DNA of 64,000 nucleotides, from assembly GCA_963787445.1 (NCBI GenBank), contig CAWBCT010000005.1, forward strand, positions 256,001-320,000, given 5' to 3'. Below the pieces are notes generated by a model that made no database searches, was not told the DNA's origin, and saw only the letters and a list, made by a program, of their open reading frames with translations. The DNA is from an uncultured archaeon (GTDB taxonomy: Archaea > Micrarchaeota > Micrarchaeia > Micrarchaeales > CABMGC01). The position numbers and the translations under genes were made by a program. Positions 23,902 through 33,733 of this stretch are shown here, piece after piece (the first letter of the stretch is position 1; the number at the start of each line of letters is the position of its first letter).

Positions 23902-25008
23902 ATGCGCATCGCATTTGTTTATGACGTACCATACCCCTGGCACAAGGGAGGGATAGAGCACATCCTCGCCACAGAGGCCCAGGAGCTCGCCAAGGAGCAC
24001 GAGGTCCATTTCTTCACGCTTCGCTGGCCGGGCATGGAGCGTTCATTCGTTTACAAAGGGGTGCATTACCACACCTTTGGGGAGGCCAACGAGGCCAACA
24101 CCTACAGGCACGGGCGCCGCTCGATCAGGGAGGCCCTTATGTTCGGGATCTACTCGTTCTCGATTTTCGGCTCAAGGTTCGATGCCATCATAACCGACGA
24201 GTTCCCGGTCCTGCACCTTCTCCCCATCCGCATCTACGGGCTGCTTGCCGGATGCAAGTTGGTAATACGCGTGGACGAGGTATGGGGCAGGGAGTATTGG
24301 GTTAGTTACCTGGGCGGCATTTTTGGCGGGATAGCCGCATTCTACTCAAATTTGGTGCTTAACTCAAAAAAGGCATTCTACGTGACAAACTCAAGCGCAA
24401 CATCGCGCAAACTTGGCGAGGTTGGGATCTCCAGGGACAGGATCAGGATCTTTGCGCCGGTATTGGAAAACAAAACGCTCGCCGGCATAGTGCCAAAAGC
24501 GCAGCGGAGAGTAATCTTCTCGGGGCGTTTCATAAAGGAGAAGAGACTTGACAAGTGGCTTGGCGTATTCAAGAAGGTATCCAGATCTGACCACTCGGTC
24601 AGGGCACTTCTGGTGGGCGACGGTCCGGACAGGGCAAACATAGAGGCGACCGTTAGGAAGCTTGGGTTGCAGGGTCGGGTGAAGATAAGGGGATTTTATG
24701 ACAACAAGAAGGAGCTTTATTCTGCAATCGCAAACTCCTCCCTCTTTTTGCACATGTCAGAACGGGAAGGGCTAAGCATAATCGCGCTTGAGAGCCTGGC
24801 CCTGGGCACACCGGTGGTGCTGCCGGACTATTCGCCCATACCATCGGAGGTGAGGTCCATGTGCATCGTCGCCACTGAAGGGCAAACAGCGTCAAGGGTG
24901 GCAGCAATCCTGAAAAGCGGCGACAAGGCTAGGTACATTAAAAATGCCCGGAACCTCAGAATGTTCTCATCAGAAGGAGTCAGGGAGTTCTACAGGGAGA
25001 TACTTTAG
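23902..25008 (+). CDS. GT4 glycosyltransferase
   Basis: YPWHKGG.E, GRFIKEKR, SEREGLSIIALESLALGTPV. Confidence 0.9.
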   Translation: MRIAFVYDVPYPWHKGGIEHILATEAQELAKEHEVHFFTLRWPGMERSFVYKGVHYHTFGEANEANTYRHGRRSIREALMFGIYSFSIFGSRFDAIITDEFPVLHLLPIRIYGLLAGCKLVIRVDEVWGREYWVSYLGGIFGGIAAFYSNLVLNSKKAFYVTNSSATSRKLGEVGISRDRIRIFAPVLENKTLAGIVPKAQRRVIFSGRFIKEKRLDKWLGVFKKVSRSDHSVRALLVGDGPDRANIEATVRKLGLQGRVKIRGFYDNKKELYSAIANSSLFLHMSEREGLSIIALESLALGTPVVLPDYSPIPSEVRSMCIVATEGQTASRVAAILKSGDKARYIKNARNLRMFSSEGVREFYREIL

Positions 25009-25797
25009 CTACTTCCCCTTTCTGGGCTCCTGGAAGTGCTTCGTATCAGCGAGTATCATGTGGTGGTCGTTGTCGAACCCTATCGCAGCCTTGAACGCAT
25101 CATGGTCGATGGTTATCGTGTTGTCAGAGTAGGGGTCGTTGATGTAGAACGCATCCTTGTCGTAGCCCTTGACCACAACCCAGTGGGGTGACGGGTCCAA
25201 ATATGAGTTTATGAGGTTCGCATTCACCAGGACTATCGGGACATAGCTGGCAGAGAGAGCCTTCTTGATCGACTGTGTAGAGATCGTGTTGTGCTCCTCT
25301 TCTACGCCTAGCTCCAGAGACCTTCCCTTTACCTCGTTGTAGGATGAGGTTAAAGTATCAAGATTTACGTTCTCGTAGACTGCTATCTTGCGGTCGTAGC
25401 CCTCGTCCTTCGTGTTGCTTACGATGCCGACCTTTGCTCCGCGCTTTGCCAGGGAGTAGGCGACCCCGTACTTTGAGCCGTGCCAGACGCTGCCGCTTAC
25501 CGCCTCCTGCCAGATGCTGTACTCGGTCTCCTTCTTAAGCTTGAATTCAGGGCTTACGTACTTCAAAACCATCATTGCGCATGCGGCCGAGCTGGTGAAG
25601 TCCTCGCTCTGCGGGTAGTGAGGGATCTCGAACATCGCCTTGTCCTTCATCTTTATCTTCTTGAGCCTGCCCAGGAACTTGTTCTTCTGGGGTGCAGCCT
25701 TGGGCCTAGACCTAGCTTTCGCCTTTGCCTTGTGCTTCGCCTTGCTAGCTGTCTTTAGTCTCTTAGTCGCCCTTTTCTTGTTTGAATTTTTTGCCAT
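25009..25797 (-). CDS. Peptidase C39-like (DUF3335-like) protein with Lys/Ala-rich N-tail
   Basis: YPQSEDFTSSAACAMMVL, PHWVVVKGYD, INDP. Confidence 0.75.
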   Translation of the reverse strand: MAKNSNKKRATKRLKTASKAKHKAKAKARSRPKAAPQKNKFLGRLKKIKMKDKAMFEIPHYPQSEDFTSSAACAMMVLKYVSPEFKLKKETEYSIWQEAVSGSVWHGSKYGVAYSLAKRGAKVGIVSNTKDEGYDRKIAVYENVNLDTLTSSYNEVKGRSLELGVEEEHNTISTQSIKKALSASYVPIVLVNANLINSYLDPSPHWVVVKGYDKDAFYINDPYSDNTITIDHDAFKAAIGFDNDHHMILADTKHFQEPRKGK

Positions 25798-25817
25798 TTA
25801 CTGCACCATTTTTGATG

Positions 25818-25915
25818 TGCAGGGGGAGAGATTTGTTCAGTTTTATTGAACTCCCGTAGGCCTAAGCCAACAGATCTTGAGTCTGTCGCATTTGACCAGG
25901 CTCTGCCACCCCTGC
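25818..25915 (-). tRNA. tRNA-Leu(CAA) with 13-nt T-loop intron at 58/59 (25833-25845)
   Basis: GCAGGGG/CCCCTGC acceptor, ACAGA-CT-CAA-GA-TCTGT, long variable arm, T loop TTCAA[TAAAACTGAACAA]AT. Confidence 0.92.
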
Positions 25916-26141
25916 AACATCTACTAATTGCAACATATTACATATTAAAACATATGATATACAATGTAAGATAATTTATCCTGATATTTAAAGGTATCGT
26001 TATTTGTTTTACGATGATATAATTGATTTTTGACGTCGGTGGGATTTGTACTTGCGTTGCCGACTGCGAAGATTTTTACATATGTTCAGACCATATTCAC
26101 TGTGTAATCGAGCATTGTTACGTAAGGCTTTAGATGGTAGG

Positions 26142-27581
26142 ATGGAGATCTCAAAGATATCTGATGTTAAATTTTCAATAGCGAAGGGAGCCCAGCCCGG
26201 AATGAATGGCGGAGTGGTCGTCTATGCCACGGAACCCATGCTGGAGAAGATGAAGGGAGATACTACACTTCAGCAGGCGATGAATGCGACAACCCTTCCG
26301 GGACTTATTGGAAACGTCTTGGTGATGCCCGATGGCCACCAAGGCTACGGCTTTCCGGTCGGTGGAGTTGCGGCATTTGATGCGGAAAACGGGATAATCT
26401 CACCGGGAGCGGTGGGCTTCGACATCAATTGCGGCGTACGCCTGATAAAGACAAACCTTACGGAGAAGGATTTGAAAGGAAATATCACTCAACTCTCCGA
26501 TGCACTCTTCAAGAATGTGCCAACGGGCGTTGGCAGCAAACTAAACCTAGGATTCACGCAGAGCGACCTTGAGAAAGTTGCACACGAAGGGGCAGAGTAC
26601 GCCATAGGCAAGGGCTTCGGGATGGAAAGTGACACGGAAAGCATAGAAGAGAACGGAAGACTTGCCGGGGCGGACTTCAAGGAGGTTAGCAAAGAGGCCA
26701 AGTCAAGAGGCCTGAACCAGTTGGGAACCCTAGGCGCAGGCAACCACTTTCTAGAAGTCCAAAAAGTAGAGAAGATATTTGATGAAAAGATTGCAAAGGC
26801 GTACGGGCTTGAGGAAAACCAGGTAGTGATAATGGTGCACACCGGCTCTCGCGGCTTCGGGCACCAGATCTGCAGCGACTTCCTGCGCACCCTGGTAACC
26901 TACCAGCAGGAGCACAACATAAGCATCGTTGACAAGGAGCTGAGCTACGCGCACATCGGCAGCAAGGAGGCGAACAGCTACATAAAGGCGATGAACTGCG
27001 CAGTCAACTTCGCTTTCACCAACAGGCAGATGATAACCCACCTCGTAAGAAAGAGTTTCTCGGAAGTGTTCGGCAGGAGCGCAGACGCGCTTGGCATGGA
27101 GCTGCTTTATGACGTTGCGCACAATATCGCAAAGCCCGAGATGCACACTTTTGAAGGAAAGAAGCGCATGCTTTACATACACCGCAAGGGCGCCACGCGC
27201 GCGTATCCAAAGGGCCTGGCTGAGGTACCTAGGAAATACCGCGCAGTTGGGCAGCCGGTCATAATACCGGGAAGCATGAGCACCGGAAGCTACGTCCTAT
27301 GCGGGATGGAGGGCTCGATGACGGAGTCTTTTGGCTCTGCCTGCCACGGTTCCGGCAGGGTGATGTCTCGCCACCAGGCGATGCGCGACATTCCGGCATC
27401 AAAGACATTTGAGTCGCTCAAGGCGAAGCACATTGAGATAAGGGTAAAGACACGGAAGCTCATAAGCGAGGAGGCGGAGTGGGCCTACAAGAACCCGGAT
27501 GACGTGGTCAGCGTCGTTGAACGGGCGAATCTTGCAAAGATCGTGTCAAAGAACAAGCCGATGATAGTGATAAAGGGATGA
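26142..27581 (+). CDS. rtcB: tRNA-splicing ligase RtcB
   Basis: MPDGHQGYGFPVGG, DINCGVR, GNHFLEVQ, HTGSRG, HN, HRKGAT, CHGSGR. Confidence 0.97.
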   Translation: MEISKISDVKFSIAKGAQPGMNGGVVVYATEPMLEKMKGDTTLQQAMNATTLPGLIGNVLVMPDGHQGYGFPVGGVAAFDAENGIISPGAVGFDINCGVRLIKTNLTEKDLKGNITQLSDALFKNVPTGVGSKLNLGFTQSDLEKVAHEGAEYAIGKGFGMESDTESIEENGRLAGADFKEVSKEAKSRGLNQLGTLGAGNHFLEVQKVEKIFDEKIAKAYGLEENQVVIMVHTGSRGFGHQICSDFLRTLVTYQQEHNISIVDKELSYAHIGSKEANSYIKAMNCAVNFAFTNRQMITHLVRKSFSEVFGRSADALGMELLYDVAHNIAKPEMHTFEGKKRMLYIHRKGATRAYPKGLAEVPRKYRAVGQPVIIPGSMSTGSYVLCGMEGSMTESFGSACHGSGRVMSRHQAMRDIPASKTFESLKAKHIEIRVKTRKLISEEAEWAYKNPDDVVSVVERANLAKIVSKNKPMIVIKG

Positions 27582-27585
27582 CTGG

Positions 27586-28419
27586 TCAAAGGGCTGTCTT
27601 TTCCTTGAACCCCTTTATGCTTCTGAGCAGATAACCGCTCATTGGCATGTTGATGCTGGTCGAGAGTGCTTCGAGTATTGTTATTGCATCGTCAAACTCC
27701 TTTTTCTGCGCCAGCATTCTGGCCGCGTAGTAGGCCGCGCCGGGTTCGCCGGCATTCAACAGAGGCCGTATGAACTGGATTGAATCGGGGCTCTTTGCGT
27801 TTACGGCATAGGCCATATTCGCATAGGACCTGGCAAGCCCTCCGGTCTGTATCTTATTGAGCTGCTCTAGGGCCCCGTGGGCTTGGAACATCCGGCCTAA
27901 TTTAATGTTGCAAAGGATATCCGTGTACACTAGAGAGGTGATGTCTTCTGCGTGGTCTACGTGCTGAATTACGTCAAGCGCCTTGTAGAAGTACTCCTTT
28001 GACTTTGATGCGAGGTCCAAGGATGCGCGGATGTTGTCTGAGTTCTGCTCCATGAAATCTTCAAGCGCGTAGTTGAGTCCTGCATACTTTGATGAGGATG
28101 CAGCCCAGTAAAGAGTTCCAATGCCGTAGAACACCAATGGATTTGGTGCTTTACTTTTTGTCTCATCCGCAAAGGAGTCAATAGCTTTGGTTTCACCTTT
28201 AATCGCCTCGGCATTAAGGGTCGCCATATTTTTGGTGCCATCTGCAGAGACTTTAGACTTTTGGAAATAGGATTCGCAGAAGTTGCAGACCGTCTCATCT
28301 GGCAGAACGCCCATGCTGAATGCGCCGCAGTAGGGGCAGGCTGTGCCGTAGGCCTTTCTGACCGCCTCGATCTGGTCCAAACACTGCTTTACAAGGCTTT
28401 GCAAATACTCATCCAACAT
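27586..28419 (-). CDS. Hypothetical protein with Zn ribbon (CPYC..CNFC) and TPR-like helices
   Basis: Paired CxxC motifs; helical C-terminal region. Confidence 0.65.
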   Translation of the reverse strand: MLDEYLQSLVKQCLDQIEAVRKAYGTACPYCGAFSMGVLPDETVCNFCESYFQKSKVSADGTKNMATLNAEAIKGETKAIDSFADETKSKAPNPLVFYGIGTLYWAASSSKYAGLNYALEDFMEQNSDNIRASLDLASKSKEYFYKALDVIQHVDHAEDITSLVYTDILCNIKLGRMFQAHGALEQLNKIQTGGLARSYANMAYAVNAKSPDSIQFIRPLLNAGEPGAAYYAARMLAQKKEFDDAITILEALSTSINMPMSGYLLRSIKGFKEKTAL

Positions 28420-28420
28420 T

Positions 28421-29080
28421 TTACTCTTTTTTGAAAACGACAAAACTGTGCATCTTGTCAAACGGCTCTATGTTTATCTGCTCCACCTGCCTGAGCTCCC
28501 TGCCCACCTGGTCGGTAAATTCCCGAAAAACCTCCTGGGGCCTTCTGGAGACATCAATGCTCTGTGATTTTATCGCAACGTAGGCATAGCCGCCCTTCTT
28601 TAGCAGAGTTGCATTCCTCAGGAACATCTCGGCCTGGTCCGGCGCTGAGACGTCCTGGTAGAGTATGTCCACGGTTCCGACGTCGTCGGCGTAGGCCTCT
28701 ATCTTCCTCGCATCTTCGAAGATGGGAAACATGTTCTCCCTCTTTTCGCAGACGTTGAGCAGGTCCCGCATGCTGCGCTTGGAGATCTCCACACAGTAGA
28801 CGCTGCCGCTCATCTGGACTATGTCGCTTACATGGCTTGAGGTGGTGCCAGTGGCTGCACCAAGGTAAAGCACTGAAGAGCCTCTCGCTATCTTCATGGT
28901 CTTCAGTTTGTTCGACAGGGCGGCGGCGAGCTTGCTCCGGTAGGGATTCCATAGACGGTACTCCGTTCCACCCACTGTCTTGAGCTCCTCATCGTACACC
29001 CGGTTGCCCGGCACAAGGTTCCTGGTGGCCAGCTTGCCGTCCAGCTTGAATACGCCATCGAAGAGTTCTGTCAGGGTCAT
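28421..29080 (-). CDS. flpA: Fibrillarin-like rRNA 2'-O-methyltransferase
   Basis: YRLWNPYRSKLAA, VLYLGAATGTT.SHVSD, YQDVS.PDQ. Confidence 0.97.
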   Translation of the reverse strand: MTLTELFDGVFKLDGKLATRNLVPGNRVYDEELKTVGGTEYRLWNPYRSKLAAALSNKLKTMKIARGSSVLYLGAATGTTSSHVSDIVQMSGSVYCVEISKRSMRDLLNVCEKRENMFPIFEDARKIEAYADDVGTVDILYQDVSAPDQAEMFLRNATLLKKGGYAYVAIKSQSIDVSRRPQEVFREFTDQVGRELRQVEQINIEPFDKMHSFVVFKKE

Positions 29081-29145
29081 ACGAACACAAGTTTTTATAG
29101 TTGATATCCTTATGGAGTTATTGAATATTCCATTCTGGTAATAAA

Positions 29146-31396
29146 ATGCTTTCCGTTGAGGCGATTCTGGAGCACATGCTTAAGATAAGCAGCGACGCCT
29201 CCGGCACCGCCCCTCTCATAAGCGGCTTTGCGGCGCAGCTGAAGGACTCCCTGAAGGCGGACGAGGCACGCTCCAACGGTCTGGACTCGAAGGGCAGCAA
29301 GCCAAACGTCGCGGAGGCCTTCGCGCTGAACACCGGGAAGCCCTACCTTGACAACAGCCTGAGCGGCTACTCCGCCTTCCCGGAGCTGATAAACTACTTC
29401 AACAACGGGTTCAGGAGCTGCCTCCTGATACCGGTGAAGTCGGACAGCAAGGGATTCGGCGCGATAACCCTTCTTTCGCGGAACGAGGCCTTCTTCAGGG
29501 AGGACGAGGTGGCGACGATACGTTTCCTGAGCAACCTGGTCGGGAGGGAGTGCGAGACGGTGAGTGAGAGGGACAGGAGGATAGCGCTCGCGCAGTACTT
29601 CGACGCCTCCTTCGAGAGCGCGGCGCCGCAGTGCGTCGTGGACAGGCAGGGCACGGTCATCCGGGCGAACAGGAGCCTGCTGAACCTGCTGGGCCTGGAG
29701 GGGAAGCAGCTGGAGGACGAGAAGCTCACCCACTTTCTTGACTTCAAGGCGAGCATGCTGGAAAAGTCGGAGGGGTCGCCTATCGAGGTCTCGAGCAAGT
29801 TCGGCAGGAGGCTCTCCATAAACTCAAAGGCCATAAACGGCGAGCTGTTCCATCTCCTCGTAAGGGACGTGACGGAGCTGGGCACCCTGAGGGGACGCGA
29901 GGCCTTCTTCTCCTACGGGACAGAAGAGGGCTTCCTGCTTCTCGATCCCAGCACAAGGATATACTGGGCAAGCCCGAACATGGCAAGGGCGTTCAGATGT
30001 GGAGCCCGACTATCTTGTCGGCAAGAAGCTCCTTGACCTGGTGAAGAATAGGGAGGTCCTCTCTGGACTGGGCGCCATCGGCGCTGGTCAGCCTCCGACC
30101 TACGAGCTTGACATCAAGCTTGCAAACGACATCAACGCCAATGCGAAGGCGACCATCCTGAAGAACGAGTACGGCTTTGGAGTTATACTGGCAAGAAACA
30201 ACGAGCGCTTCGTGAGCAACATGCGCCGCGGCCTCGACGAGCTGATGCGCGTCTCGAGCGACATGGTGATGATACTCGACAGCCTAGGCTACATAAGGAG
30301 CATAAACCGGAGCGCCGAGAAGCTGCTCAAGTACAAGGGGGAGGAGCTGAACGGCCTCTCGATCTCCTCGCTGTGCGCCGACTCGGAAAGCCAGATGCGC
30401 ATAAGCAACGGCCTGAACATAGCGAGGACGAGCGGGATCGTCACGGACATCTTTGTGAACTGGAACGCGAAGGGCGCGCCGGCGCCGCTTCCGGCTCAGC
30501 AGAACATACGCCCGATGTACGACGAGTCGAACCGGCTTTCGGGCTACATGCTGGTCGGGAAGGAGCTGGCGACGAAGAACACCATAGCGAGGCTGGAGGA
30601 GCTCTCGGGGAAGAACGAGAAGGACATGAGGAAGTACAAGGAGGAGAGCGAGCGCAAGACGGATTTCATAAACAGCATCTCGCACGACCTGAAGACCCCG
30701 ATAACCAGCATCTCGGGCTTTGCGAAGCTGATGCTCGAGGACAGCTCCTACGGTAAGCTAAATGAGGAGCAGGAGAACACGCTGAAGATAATAATAGACG
30801 AGGCGAAGAGGCTCTCCTTGCTGATAGAGCGCATACTCGACGTGGCGAAGCTCGAGGCGAACAAGATAAAGCTTGACCTGCAGCAGGTCAACTTCAACGA
30901 GCTCAGCCAGAACGCGGGCATAAAGTCGTTGGAAGGCGCGGCCACGCAGAAGGGCCTGTACTTCAGGTTCATCGTAGAGTACGATGTGCCGGTGATAGAG
31001 GCCGACCCGAACCGCCTGATACAGGTGTTTGTGAACCTGGTAGGCAACGCGATAAAGTTCACGGAGAAGGGCGGGATAACAGTGCACGTCACCAGGAACG
31101 GGAAGAAGAGCAAGAGGGTGAGGATCGGCGTGAAGGACACGGGCATAGGGATAAGCAAGGAGGACAAGGCGAGGCTGTTCAAGAAGTTCTTCCAGATAAA
31201 CAAGGACGAGGCGCTGAGAAGGGGCGGCTCGGGCACAGGGCTGGGGCTCACGATAGCGAAGGAGCTGGTGAACCTGCACGGAGGCAGCATAGGCATAGAG
31301 GCGGAGCCGGGCAAGGGGAGCGAGTTCTGGTTCACGCTGCCGGTAAGCGGCCCGAAGAAGAAGGGCGCGCTGGCTTCGGAAGCCAAGGCCGCGTAA
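29146..31396 (+). CDS. GAF/PAS sensor histidine kinase (one frameshift about 29995)
   Basis: ISHDLKTP H-box, NLVGNAIKF, DTGIG, GSGTGLGL; GAF/PAS N-terminus in ORF 29146-30036. Confidence 0.9.
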
Positions 31397-31525
31397 AACA
31401 AAAACCTATTTATTTTCGGGCCGACACTACCGCATGCTGCTTGGAGTAGAAGGGACTAGTGCTGCTGAGAAAAGATTCCTAGGAGAGGTAAAAAACGGGT
31501 TCATCCTGGAAGAGGAGAATCCGAG

Positions 31526-32299
31526 CTACAGCTTCTGAAGCTTTATCAACTCATCGGCCACTGCGAGAATCTGCCTGGGCTGCATCTTGAAGACGCGCTC
31601 ATTATCGGGAAGGCGCCCCAGGAACTGCCTGAGCTTTGGCTCTCCGATGTTTAGGCCGTGGCGCGCATCGTGCAGGGCGGTCTTGAGGGTCTTCTTCTTG
31701 TGCTGCATTATCAGGTTTATCACTTCGTCCTGGGAGTGTGACAGGCCTTTCCCTACGGGCTTCATGAAGATTACGGCGGAGTCGATGGACGGGGCAGGCC
31801 TGAAGTACCTCCGCGGCACCTTCATTATCTCGACTATCCTGAAGGAGAGGGCGCAGGTGACGCTGAGCCTTGAGTAGCTGTCGCTGCCTGCGGGCGCCAT
31901 CATGTGCTCAACGAACTCCTTCTGCAGGCAGAGGACGGCCTCCTTGTTGTTGTCACGGAGCCAGCCGATGGTCTTGCTTGAGAGGCTGTAGGGAATGTTG
32001 GCAATCACTATGTCTATCTGCGCCGGATCTATCTCGTGGGGTTCAAGCTTGAAGAAGTCGCCGGGAATCAGGGTCAGGTTGTCGAACTTCAGCATCACGT
32101 CAAGGAAATCATACAGCTTCGGGTCCTTCTCCACCGCGATTACGCTCTTCGCGACAGCGCAGAGCCTCTTCGTGAGCATCCCGCGGCCCGCCCCTATCTC
32201 AAGCACGCGCTTGCCGTTCGCATGCGCTGCCTCGGCCTCGGCTACCCCCGTATTTGTCAGGAAGTTCTGGCCCAGACGGCGTCTGGCTTTGTGACCCAT
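31526..32299 (-). CDS. rsmA: 16S rRNA dimethyladenosine transferase
   Basis: LGQNFL, VLEIGAG.G, ANIPY, FRPAPSIDS. Confidence 0.95.
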   Translation of the reverse strand: MGHKARRRLGQNFLTNTGVAEAEAAHANGKRVLEIGAGRGMLTKRLCAVAKSVIAVEKDPKLYDFLDVMLKFDNLTLIPGDFFKLEPHEIDPAQIDIVIANIPYSLSSKTIGWLRDNNKEAVLCLQKEFVEHMMAPAGSDSYSRLSVTCALSFRIVEIMKVPRRYFRPAPSIDSAVIFMKPVGKGLSHSQDEVINLIMQHKKKTLKTALHDARHGLNIGEPKLRQFLGRLPDNERVFKMQPRQILAVADELIKLQKL

Positions 32300-32354
32300 A
32301 AAATCATTATAAATATTGCACAGACCTATATAAATCTTCAAAAGGTGCAGGCCA

Positions 32355-32969
32355 ATGAACATGACTTCAACGCTCTCATCCTTGCTGGGATTGGGTTCGG
32401 TAAACACATTCATCTTGCATTATGGCTACCTAGCCATACTCGTGCTTATGGCCCTAGAGGCCGCCTCCCTGCCAATACCGAGCGAGGTGATACTTCCAGT
32501 GGCGGGATATTTCATCGCACAGGGAACCCTGACTTTTCTAGGCGTGCTCGTTGTCGCACTCGTGGGCGAGATCATAGGTATGTCGATAGACTACTTCATA
32601 GCCTACTACCTGAACAAGGCCGTGGTTTACAAGCACCTTGGGTTCTTCCACCTGACGGCATCAAGACTTGACGCGTTCGACAGGTGGTTCCAGAGGAACG
32701 GGAGCTTTGCGGTTTTCTCACTCAGGCTTGTGCCCATAGTCAGGGGTCTTATAAGCTTCCCCGCGGGCTTCGCAAAGATGCCGAAGAAACAGTTCTACTT
32801 CTACTCCATACTGGGCTCTCTGATCTGGAACATGCTTCTGATCGGGTTCGGCTACTACGCGCTCAGCCAGAGCAGCATAGGCCTGGCGGTGATCCTGATG
32901 GCTGTGCTAGGGGTGTTTCTTTACATATTCTACGAGATCGTGGTCAGAAAAATAAGAAAGCGCGCCTGA
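32355..32969 (+). CDS. DedA family membrane protein
   Basis: LE...PIPSEV, RLVP..R..ISFPAG. Confidence 0.92.
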   Translation: MNMTSTLSSLLGLGSVNTFILHYGYLAILVLMALEAASLPIPSEVILPVAGYFIAQGTLTFLGVLVVALVGEIIGMSIDYFIAYYLNKAVVYKHLGFFHLTASRLDAFDRWFQRNGSFAVFSLRLVPIVRGLISFPAGFAKMPKKQFYFYSILGSLIWNMLLIGFGYYALSQSSIGLAVILMAVLGVFLYIFYEIVVRKIRKRA

Positions 32970-33305
32970 TTACTCCTCTTCCTTCTTCGGTTTCTCTATG
33001 ATGTACTTCTCGACTATCTTGATTACCTGGTCGATGGAGCGCTTGATGTCCGCCTCGGTCTTCGAGCCTGCGCAGATCACCTTCCCGTTCTTGAACAGAA
33101 GCAGGGCGGTCTTCGGGTCGGCTATCTTGCAGATCGCGCCCGGGAACTGCTCGGGCTCGTAGTCCACGTCGGGCGAGTTCTTCGCTATGGCGTAGAGGTC
33201 CAGCTCGACGCCCAGGTCTGCGCTGGCTACGATGTTGACTATCTTAAAATCAGGGTGAAGCAGCGCCTTCATGTTCGGCTTCTTTGGCTTCGGTTTCGCT
33301 ACCAT
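32970..33305 (-). CDS. Single-repeat TATA-binding-protein (TBP) domain protein
   Basis: IVNIVASADL..LDL, YEPEQFPG, LLFKNGKVICAGSK: exactly one TBP repeat in 111 aa. Confidence 0.9.
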   Translation of the reverse strand: MVAKPKPKKPNMKALLHPDFKIVNIVASADLGVELDLYAIAKNSPDVDYEPEQFPGAICKIADPKTALLLFKNGKVICAGSKTEADIKRSIDQVIKIVEKYIIEKPKKEEE

Positions 33306-33404
33306 GGTGATCCTTTATAAACCTTTATAAATAGACGTGAAAGGTATATATATGTTTTTCTGTCAAACTATCTTGAGCTATTTATCTATCAGCGGAGGAG
33401 CTAC

Positions 33405-33698
33405 ATGACCCAGCGTTCACACGGATTGTTCTCAGGCAGAAGCAGGCACCTTGCCCGCCACAACATGCCTTCCAAGTTAGGCATAACCAAGAAGATCAAG
33501 CAGTTCGAGATAGGGAGCAAGGTGCAGGTGATGCCCAAGGGCAACTTCAGGAACATCCCGCACCCCAGGTACAGGAACAAGATAGCAACAGTCATAGGCA
33601 AGCGGGGAGAGGCCTACGTCGTAGAGATAAAGGTCGGCAAGTCGATAAGGCGAAGGCTGATAGTGCCGCAGATACACCTGGACTACTTCTCCGCATAG
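33405..33698 (+). CDS. rpl21e: 50S ribosomal protein L21e
   Basis: F..GSKV, PHPRY, GKRGEAY.V, LIV.QIHL. Confidence 0.93.
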   Translation: MTQRSHGLFSGRSRHLARHNMPSKLGITKKIKQFEIGSKVQVMPKGNFRNIPHPRYRNKIATVIGKRGEAYVVEIKVGKSIRRRLIVPQIHLDYFSA

Positions 33699-33733
33699 CT
33701 TTCGGCAGTTCTAGAAAAAAATAGGGCTTAGCC

